Assembly (NCBI RefSeq): GCF_009914755.1
Contig: NC_060939.1
Strand: one strand, 5' to 3'
DNA from: the human T2T-CHM13v2.0 reference genome, Homo sapiens
DNA length: 64,000 nucleotides
The notes under the pieces were generated by a model. The model searched no databases and was not told the DNA's origin. It saw nothing but the letters and a program-made list of their open reading frames with translations. The translations under genes and the position numbers were made by a program. Below, in pieces: positions 40,501-51,510 of the stretch (within the stretch, counting starts at the first letter, position 1; every line of letters begins with the position of its first letter).

Positions 40501-42275
40501 ATTGCATTGCATTCCATTCCATTGGATTGCATTCCATTCGATTCCATTCCATTCGAATCAATTACGTAGCAATCCATTACATTCGAGTCTATTCTCTTCC
40601 GTTCCATTCGATTTCGTTCCAATCCATTCGATTCCATTCCATTCGATTCCATTCCATACTATTGCATTCCATTCGATTACATTATATTCGAATAAGTTCC
40701 ATTCAAGACCATTTCTTTTGAGTCCATTCTATTTGAGTCCATTCCCTTTGATTCCATAACATTTGAGTCCATTCAATTCCATTCCTTTCGTTTCCATTCC
40801 ATTTGATGCCATTCCATTCAATTCTGTTCTACTCGACTCCAATACATTCAATTCCATTCCATCCGATTCCATTACATTCTTTTCATTTCTTATCCATTTC
40901 AAGCCATTCCACTCCATTCCATTCCACTCGTTTCCTTTCCATTCGAGTCCATTCCTCTCCAGTCCATTCCGTTCAATCCATTCCATTCCAGTCCATTCCA
41001 TTCGAGTCCGTTCCATTCCAGTCCATTCCATTCGAGTCAATTCCATCCCATTCGATGTCTTTCCATAACGATCCATTCCATTCTATTCCTTTCGATTCCA
41101 TTCCATTCTATTTCATTCCATTCGATTCCCTTCCATTGGACTCCTTTCCATTCGAGTGCATTCCATTCCGTTCCATTTCTTTCCGTTCTGTACGATTCCT
41201 ACCGTTCGATTTCATTTTGTTCCAGTCCATTCCATTCGCGTCCATTCCATTCCATTTCACTCCATTCGATTCCATTCCACTCGATTCCACTTCGTTCCAT
41301 TTCATTACATTCCATTCTATTCAACTCTATTGCCTTCCATTCCATTCCATTCGATTACATTCCATGCGATTCCATTCGAAATCGAATCAATTAAATTGCA
41401 ATCCATTACTATTGAGTCCATTTTATTCCAGTCCACTGCATTCTGGTCCATTCCATTTGATTCCATTCCATTCTATTCCATTCCATACAGTTGCATTCCA
41501 TTGAACTCCATTCTATATCTATAAATTCAATTCGAGACCATTGCTTTTGAGTCCATTCTATATGATTCCATTCCATTCAAGTCCATTACATTTGGTTCAA
41601 TTCCATTCCATTCCATTCCCTTCCATTCCATTCCAGTTGATATCAATCCATTCGATTCCATTCCATTCGAGCACATTCCATTCGAGTCCATTCCATTCGA
41701 TGCCATTCCATTTGATTCTATTCCATTAGTCTCCATTCAATTCCATTAATCTCCATTCCATTCCATTCTACTCCAACTGATTCCATTCCATTCTATTCCT
41801 TTCCATTCCATTTCATTCCATTCCATTCCATTTCATTCCATTCCATTCCATTCCATTCCATTCGCTTCCATTCCATTCGTGTCCATTGCATTCCAGTCCA
41901 TTCCATTTGTGTCCACTGCATTCCATTCCACTCCATTCCATATTATTCCATTACACTCCATTCCATTCTATTACTTTCATTTCCATTGAATTCCATTCCA
42001 TTTGATTCCATTCCACTCGGTTTCATTCCATTTGAGTCCACTCCACTCCATTCCATTCCATTCCATTCCATTCAGTTCCATTCCATTCTGTTCCATTCCA
42101 TTCCGTTCCATTGCATTCCATTCCATTCGGTACCATTCCATATTGTTCCATTCGATTCCATTCGAATCCATTCCATTCCAGTCCATTCCATTCGATTCCA
42201 TTCCATTCCTTTCAATTCCATTCCATTCCATTCCATTCCACTTGATTCCACTCCATTCCCTTCCACTGCATTCCA
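31545..42275 (+). repeat. Three copies of a ~3,572-bp dimer of 1.8-kb monomers (1813+1759 bp)
   Basis: Monomer spacings alternate 1813, 1759, 1813, 1759, 1813, 1774. Variant cgtagc occurs at 33421/36993/40565 and gaactccattct at 34359/37931/41503, exact 3572-bp steps. Boundaries are approximate. Confidence 0.88.
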
Positions 42276-45200
42276 TTGCATTGCACTCCATTCCATTGGA
42301 CTGCATTCCATTCGATTCCATTCCATTCGAATCAATTACATAGCAATCCATTACATTCGAGTCTATTCTATTCCGTTCCATTCGATTTCGTTCCAATCCA
42401 TTCGATTCCATTCCATTCGATTCCATTCCATACTATTGCATTCCATTCTATTACATTATATTCGAATAAGTTCCATTCAAGACCATTTCTTTTGAGTCCA
42501 TTCTATTTGAGTCCATTCCCTTTGATTCCATAACATTTGAGTCCATTCAATTCCATTCCTTTCGTTTCCATTCCATTTGATGCCATTCCATTCAATTCTG
42601 TTCTACTCGACTCCAATACATTCAATTCCATTCCATCCGATTCCATTACATTCTTTTCATTTCTTATCCATTTCAAGCTATTCCACTCCATTCCATTCCA
42701 CTCGTTTCCTTTCCATTCGAGTCCATTCCTCTCCAGTCCATTCCGTTCAATCCATTCCATTCCAGTCCATTCCATTCGAGTCCGTTCCATTCCAGTCCAT
42801 TCCATTCGAGTCAATTCCATTCCATTCGATGTCTTTCCATAACGATCCATTCCATTCTATTCCTTTCGATTCCATTCCATTCTATTTCATTCCATTCGAT
42901 TCCCTTCCATTGGACTCCTTTCCATTCGACTGCATTCCATTCCGTTCCATTTCTTTCCGTTCTGTACGATTCCTACCGTTCGATTTCATTTTGTTCCAGT
43001 CCATTCTTTCGGGTCCATTCCATTCCATTTCACTCCATTCGATTCCATTCCACTCGATTCCACTTCGTTCCATTTCATTGCATTCCATTCTATTCAACTC
43101 TATTGCCTTCCATTCCATTCCATTCGATTACATTCCATGCGATTCCATTCGAAATCGAATCAATTACATTGCAATCCATTACTATTGAGTCCGTTTTATT
43201 CCAGTCCACTTCATTCTGGTCCATTCCATTTGATTCCATTCCATTCTATTCCATTCCATACAGTTGCATTCCATTGGATTCCATGCTATATCTATAAATT
43301 CAATTCGAGACCATTGCTTTTGAGTCCATTCTATATGATTCCATTCCATTCAAGTCCATTACATTTGGTTAAATTCCATTCCATTCGGTTCAATTCCATT
43401 CCATTCCATTCCCTTCCATTCCATTCCAGTTGATATCAATCCATTCGATTCCATTCCATTCGAGCACATTCCATTCGAGTCCATTCCATTCGATGCCATT
43501 CCATTTGATTCTATTCCATTAGTCTCCATTCAATTCCATTAATCTCCATTCCATTCCATTCTACTCCAACTGATTCCATTCCATTCCATTCCTTTCCATT
43601 CCATTTCATTCCATTCCATTCCATTCCATTCCATTCCATTCCATTCGTGTCCAATCCACTCCAGTCCATTCCATTCGTATCCATTCCATTCCAGTCCATT
43701 CCATTTGTGTCCACTGCATTCCATTCCACTCCATTCCATATTATTCCATTACACTCCATTCCATTCTATTACTTTCATTTCCATTCAGTTCCATTCCATT
43801 TGATTCCATTCCACTCGGTTTCATTCCATTTGAGTCCACTCCATTCCATTCCATTCCATTCAGTTCCATTCCATTCTGTTCCATTCCATTCCGTTCCATT
43901 ACATTCCATTCCATTCGGTACCATTCCATATTGTTCCATTCGATTCCATTCGAATCCATTCCATTCCAGTCCATTCCATTCGATTCCATTCCATTCATTT
44001 CAATTCCATTCCATTCCATTCCATTACATTCCACTTGATTCCTCTCCATTCCCTTCCACTGCATTCCGTTCGATTCCATTCCATTGCATTGCATTCCATT
44101 CCATTGGATTGCATTCCATTCGATTCCATTCCATTCGAATCAATTACATAGCAATCCATTACATTCGAGTCTATTCTCTTCCGTTCCATTCGATTTCGTT
44201 CCAATCCATTCGATTCCATTCCATTCGATTCCATTCCATACTATTGCATTCCATTCTATTACATTATATTCGAATAAGTTCCATTCAAGACCATTTCTTT
44301 TGAGTCCATTCTATTTGAGTCCATTCCCTTTGATTCCATAACATTTGAGTCCATTCCATTCCATTCCTTTCGTTTCCATTCCATTTGATGCCATTCCATT
44401 CAATTGTGTTCTACTCGACTCCAATACATTCAATTCCATTCCATCCGATTCCATTACATTCTTTTCATTTCTTATCCATTTCAAGCCATTCCACTCCATT
44501 CTATTCCACTCGTTTCCTTTCCATTCGAGTCCATTCCTCTCCAGTCCATTCCGTTCAATCCATTCCATTCCAGTCCATTCCATTCGAGTCCGTTCCATTC
44601 CAGTTCTTTCCATTCGAGTCAATTCCATTCCATTCGATGTCTTTCCATAACGATCCATTCCATTCTATTCCTTTCGATTCCATTCCATTCTATTTCATTC
44701 CATTCGATTCCCTTCCATTGGACTCCTTTCCATTCGAGTGCATTCCATTCCGTTCCATTTCTTTCCGTTCTGTACGATTCCTACCGTTCGATTTCATTTT
44801 GTTCCAGTCCATTCTTTCGCGTCCATTCCATTCCATTTCACTCCATTCGATTCCATTCCACTCGATTCCACTTCGTTCCATTTCATTGCATTCCATTCTA
44901 TTCAACTCTATTGCCTTCCATTCCATTCCATTCGATTACATTCCATGCGATTCCATTCGAAATCGAATCAATTACATTGCAATCCATTACTATTGAGTCC
45001 GTTTTATTCCAGTCCACTGCATTCTGCTCCATTCCATTTGATTCCATTCCATTCTATTCCATTCCATAGAGTTGCATTCCATTGGATTCCATGCTATATC
45101 TATAAATTCAATTCGAGACCATTGCTTTTGAGTCCATTCTATATGATTCCATTCCATTCAAGTCCATTACATTTGGTTAAATTCCATTCCATTCGGTTCA

Positions 45201-48200
45201 ATTCCATTCCATTCCATTCCCTTCCATTCCATTCCAGTTGATATCAATCCATTCGATTCCATTCCATTCGAGCACATTCCATTCGAGTCCATTCCATTCG
45301 ATGCCATTCCATTTGATTCTATTCCATTAGTCTCCATTCAATTCCATTAATCTCCATTCCATTCCATTCTACTCCAACTGATTCCATTCCATTCTATTCC
45401 TTTCCATTCCATTTCATTCCATTCCATTCCATTCCATTCCATTCGTGTCCATTCCACTCCAGTCCATTCCATTCATATCCATTCCATTCCAGTCCATTCC
45501 ATTTGTGTCCACTGCATTCCATTCCACTCCATTCCATATTATTCCATTACACTCCATTCCATTCTATTACTTTCATTTCCATTCAATTCCATTCCATTTG
45601 ATTCCATTCCACTCGGTTTCATTCCATTTGAGTCCACTCCATTCCATTCCATTCCATTCAGTTCCATTCCATTCTGTTCCATTCCATTCCGTTCCATTAC
45701 ATTCCATTCCATTCGGTACCATTCCATATTGTTCCATTCGATTCCATTCGAATCCATTCCATTCCAGTCCATTCCATTCGATTCCATTCCATTCATTTCA
45801 ATTCCATTCCATTCCATTCCATTACATTCCACTTGATTCCTCTCCATTCCCTTCCACTGCATTCCGTTCGATTCCATTCCATTGCATTGCATTCCATTCC
45901 ATTGGATTGCATTCCATTCGATTCCATTCCATTCGAATCAATTACGTAGCAATCCATTACATTCGAGTGTATTCTCTTCCGTTCCATTCGATTTCGTTCC
46001 AATCCATTCGATTCCATTCCATTCGATTCCATTCCATACTATTGCATTCCATTCGATTACATTATATTCGAATAAGTTCCATTCAAGACCATTTCTTTTG
46101 AGTCCATTCTATTTGAGTCCATTCCCTTTGATTCCATAACATTTGAGTCCATTCAATTCCATTCCTTTCGTTTCCATTCCATTTGATGCCATTCCATTCA
46201 ATTCTGTTCTACTCGACTCCAATACATTCAATTCCATTCCATCCGATTCCATTACATTCTTTTCATTTCTTATCCATTTCAAGCCATTCCACTCCATTCC
46301 ATTCCACTCGTTTCCTTTCCATTCGAGTCCATTCCTCTCCAGTCCATTCCGTTCAATCCATTCCATTCCAGTCCATTCCATTCGAGTCCGTTCCATTCCA
46401 GTCCATTCCATTCGAGTCAATTCCATTCCATTCGATGTCTTTCCATAACGATCCATTCCATTCTATTCCTTTCGATTCCATTCCATTCTATTTCATTCCA
46501 TTCGATTCCCTTCCATTGGACTCCTTTCCATTCGACTGCATTCCATTCCGTTCCATTTCTTTCCGTTCTGTACGATTCCTACCGTTCGATTTCATTTTGT
46601 TCCAGTCCATTCTTTCGCGTCCATTCCATTCCATTTCACTCCATTCGATTCCATTCCACTCGATTCCACTTCGTTCCATTTCATTGCATTCCATTCTATT
46701 CAACTCTATTGCCTTCCATTCCATTCCATTCGATTACATTCCATGCGATTCCATTCGAAATCGAATCAATTACATTGCAATCCATTACTATTGAGTCCGT
46801 TTTATTCCAGTCCACTGCATTCTGGTCCATTCCATTTGATTCCATTCCATTCTATTCCATTCCATACAGTTGCATTCCATTGGATTCCATGCTATATCTA
46901 TAAATTCAATTCGAGACCATTGCTTTTGAGTCCATTCTATATGATTCCATTCCATTCAAGTCCATTACATTTGGTTAAATTCCATTCCATTCGGTTCAAT
47001 TCCATTCCATTCCATTCCCTTCCATTCCATTCCAGTTGATATCAATCCATTCGATTCCATTCCATTCGAGCACATTCCATTCGAGTCCATTCCATTCGAT
47101 GCCATTCCATTTGATTCTATTCCATTAGTCTCCATTCAATTCCATTAATCTCCATTCCATTCCATTCTACTCCAACTGATTCCATTCCATTCTATTCCTT
47201 TCCATTCCATTTCATTCCATTCCATTCCATTGCATTCCATTCCATTCCATTCCATTCGTGTCCATTCCACTCCAGTCCATTCCATTTGTGTCCACTGCAT
47301 TCCATTCCACTCCATTCCATATTATTCCATTACACTCCATTCCATTCTATTACTTTCATTTCCATTCAATTCCATTCCATTTGATTCCATTCCACTCGGT
47401 TTCATTCCATTTGAGTCCACTCCATTCCATTCCATTCCATTCAGTTCCATTCCATTCTGTTCCATTCCATTCCGTTCCATTACATTCCATTCCATTCGGT
47501 ACCATTCCATATTGTTCCATTCGATTCCATTCGAATCCATTCCATTCCAGTCCATTCCATTCGATTCCATTCCATTCATTTCAATTCCATTCCATTCCAT
47601 TCCATTACATTCCACTTGATTCCTCTCCATTCCCTTCCACTGCATTCCGTTCGATTCCATTCCATTGCATTGCATTCCATTCCATTGGATTGCATTCCAT
47701 TCGATTCCATTCCATTCGAATCAATTACGTAGCAATCCATTACATTCGAGTCTATTCTCTTCCGTTCCATTCGATTTCGTTCCAATCCATTCGATTCCAT
47801 TCCATTCGATTCCATTCCATACTATTGCATTCCATTCGATTACATTATATTCGAATAAGTTCCATTCAAGACCATTTCTTTTGAGTCCATTCTATTTGAG
47901 TCCATTCCCTTTGATTCCATAACATTTGAGTCCATTCAATTCCATTCCTTTCGTTTCCATTCCATTTGATGCCATTCCATTCAATTCTGTTCTACTCGAC
48001 TCCAATACATTCAATTCCATTCCATCCGATTCCATTACATTCTTTTCATTTCTTATCCATTTCAAGCCATTCCACTCCATTCCATTCCACTCGTTTCCTT
48101 TCCATTCGAGTCCATTCCTCTCCAGTCCATTCCGTTCAATCCATTCCATTCCAGTCCATTCCATTCGAGTCCGTTCCATTCCAGTCCATTCCATTCGAGT

Positions 48201-49845
48201 CAATTCCATTCCATTCGATGTCTTTCCATAACGATCCATTCCATTCTATTCCTTTCGATTCCATTCCATTCTATTTCATTCCATTCGATTCCCTTCCATT
48301 GGACTCCTTTCCATTCGAGTGCATTCCATTCCGTTCCATTTCTTTCCGTTCTGTACGATTCCTACCGTTCGATTTCATTTTGTTCCAGTCCATTCTTTCG
48401 CGTCCATTCCATTCCATTTCACTCCATTCGATTCCATTCCACTCGATTCCACTTCGTTCCATTTCATTGCATTCCATTCTATTCAACTCTATTGCCTTCC
48501 ATTCCATTCCATTCGATTACATTCCATGCGATTCCATTCGAAATCGAATCAATTACATTGCAATCCATTACTATTGAGTCCGTTTTATTCCAGTCCACTG
48601 CATTCTGGTCCATTCCATTTGATTCCATTCCATTCTATTCCATTCCATACAGTTGCATTCCATTGGATTCCATGCTATATCTATAAATTCGAGACCATTG
48701 CTTTTGAGTCCATTCTATATGATTCCATTCCATTCAAGTCCATTACATTTGGTTCAATTCCATTCCATTCCATTCCCTTCCATTCCATTCCATTTGATAT
48801 CAATCCATACGATTCCATTCCATTCGAGCACATTCCATTCGAGTCCACTCCATTCGATGCCATTCCATTCGATTCTATTCCATTAGACTCCATTCAATTC
48901 CATTAATCTCCATTCCATTCCATTCTACTCCAACTGATTCCATTCAATTCTATTCCTTTCCATTCCATTCCATTCGCTTCCATTCCATTCGTGTCCATTC
49001 CACTCCAGTCCATTCCATTCGTGTCCATTCCATTCCAGTCCATTCCATTTGTGTCCACTGCATTCCATTCCACTCCATTCCATACTATTCCATTACACTC
49101 CATTCCATTCTATTACTTTCATTTCCATTCAGTTCCATTCCATTTGATTCCATTCCACTCGGTTTCACTCCATTTGAGTCCATTCCATTCCATTCCATTC
49201 CATTCCATTCCATTCTGTTCCATTCCATTCCATTCCATTCCATTGGGTACCATTCCATATTGTTCCATTCGATTCCATTCGAATCCATTCCATTCCAGTC
49301 CATTCCATTCGATTCCATTCCATTCCATTCGATTCCACTTGATTCCACTCCATTCCCTTCCACTGCATTCCATTCGATTCCATTCCATTGCATTGCATTC
49401 CATTCCATTGGATTGCATTCCATTCGATTCCATTCCATTCGAATCAATTACATAGCAATCCATTACATTCGAGTCTGTTCTATTCCGTTCCATTCGATTT
49501 CGTACCAATCCATTCGATTCCATTCCATTCGATTCCATTCCATACTATTGCATTCCATTCGATTAAATTATACTCGAATAAATTCCATTCAAGACCATTT
49601 CTGTCGAGTCCATTCTACTTGAGTCCATTCCCTTTGATTCCATAACATTTGAGTCCATTCAATTCCATTCCTTTCGTTTCCATTCCATTTGATGCCATTC
49701 CATTCAATTCTGTTCTACTCGACTCCAATACATTCAATTCCATTCCATCCGATTCCATTACATTCTTTTCATTTCTTATCCATTTCAAGCCATTCCATTC
49801 CATTCCATTCCATTCCACTCGTTTCCTTTCCATTCGAGTCCATTC

Positions 49846-49919
49846 CACTCCAGTCCATTCCATTCGAATCCATTTCACTCCAGTCCATTCCATTCGAATC
49901 CATTTCACTCCAGTCCATT
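49846..49919 (+). repeat. Local 30-bp tandem repeat (cactccagtccattccattcgaatccattt, ~2.5 copies)
   Basis: Read directly from the sequence. It recurs at the start of each divergent segment (~53,291 and ~56,741). Confidence 0.85.
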
Positions 49920-51510
49920 AAATTCGAGTACATTCCATTCCATTCTATTCAATGCCATTCCATTCGATTCTATTCCATTCGACACCATTCCTTTCCATTC
50001 CGTTCCATCCGATTCCATTCCATTGTATTCCATTCAATTCCATTCCATTGCATTCCATTCGTTTCCATTCCATTCGAATTCATTCCACTCAAGTCCATTC
50101 CATTCGAGTCCATTCCATTCGATATCATTCCATACTATTGAATTCCATTCGATTCCATTGTTTTCGAATAAATTCCAACCGAGACCATTCCTTTCGTGTC
50201 CATTCTATTTGACTGCATTCCATTTGAGTCCATTAAATTTCTGCACATTCCATTCCTTTCCATTCCATTCCATTCCATTCCTTTCGGTGCCATTCCATTC
50301 CACTCTAATCCATTCAAGTCCATTCCATTTGAGTCCATTCCATTGATTCGATGCCATTACATTCAATTCTATTCCATTCGACTCCATTGCATTCCATTCC
50401 CTTCCAAACGATTCCATTCCATTCTATTACTTTCTATTCCAATCCATTCCATTCCGTTCCATTCGTTTCCATTCCATTCGAGTCCACTCCATTCCAGTCC
50501 ATTCCATTCGATTCCATTCCATTGCAGTCCATTCCATTCAAGTCCATTCCACTGCATTCCATTCCATTCGATATCCTTCGATAACACCCCATTCCATTCT
50601 GCTCCTTAATATTCAATTCAATTCCATTCCATTTGATTCCATTCCATTCGACTCCATTCCATTCGACTCTATTCCATTCGAGTCCATTCCATTCGAGTCC
50701 ATTCCATTCCATTCCATTGCATTCCGTTCCAATCCCTATTCCATTCCATTTTGTTACTGTCCATTCCATTTGAGTCCATTCCATGAGAAACCATTCCATT
50801 CGATTCCATTCCAATAGATTCCATTGCACTCGAATCCAGTGCGTTCCATTCCATTGCTTTCCATTCTATTACATTCCATTGCATTCCATTCCATTCCATT
50901 AATTTCGAATCAATTACATTGCAATCCATTGCATTCGAGTTCTATTCCAGTCCATTGCATTCCGGCGCATGCCGTTCCATTCCATTCCATTCGCTTCCGT
51001 TCCATTCGAATCAATTGCATTGCAATGCTTTACATTCGAGTCCGTTTTATTCCAGTCCAATCCATTCCGGTCCATTCCGTTCGATTCCATTCCATTCGAT
51101 GCCACTCCATACTATTGTATTTCATTCGATTCCATTCTATTCAAATAAATTCCATTCGAGACCATTCCTTTCGAGTCCATTCTATTTGAGTCCATTCCAT
51201 TCGAGTCCATTATATTTGGGTCCATTCCATTCAATTCCATTGCAATCCATTCCATTCGATGTCACTCCATTCATTTCTATTCCATTAGAGTCCATGTCAT
51301 TGGAGTCCATTCCATTCTATTCTATTCCACTCCATTTCATTCCATTCCACTCCATTCCATTCGTTGCCGTTCCATTCAATTCTATTATATTCCACTCCAT
51401 TTACTTCCATTCCATTCCATTCCATTCTATCCAATTCCGTTCCATTCTATTCCTTTAAAGTCCATTCCATTCCATTCGTTTCCATTCCATTCGAGTAAAG
51501 TCCACTCCAG
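49847..51510 (+). repeat. Divergent HSat3 segment absent from the 1.8-kb monomer, copy 1
   Basis: Carries k-mers not seen in the monomers (aatttctgcac, ctgctccttaatattc, ccaatagatt, ccggcgcatgccg, cgagtaaag). Flanked by tcctttccattcgagtccattcc at 49824 and 51511. Confidence 0.9.

Larger units (their letters stand above)
1..48690 (+). repeat. About 27 head-to-tail copies of a ~1.8-kb monomer, likely D15Z1-type (1.8-kb KpnI HSat3 of chr15p)
   Basis: The same 85-aa pseudo-ORF starts at 905, 2704, 4491, 6294, 8097, 9911 ... 45882, 47665 (27 starts, spacings 1759-1814 bp). There is one GGTACC per unit (e.g. 738-743, 36763, 40335), with one exception. D15Z1 is classically a 1.8-kb KpnI repeat of imperfect AATGG. 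The periodicity is certain; the family and chromosome assignment is inferred. Confidence 0.85.

Noticed and set aside
50167-51149. AATAAA hexamers in the divergent segment as poly(A) signals
   Set aside because: They are variants of the same landmark and lie on the C-rich strand, whereas stress-induced Satellite III RNA is mostly G-rich. There is no transcript evidence available here.
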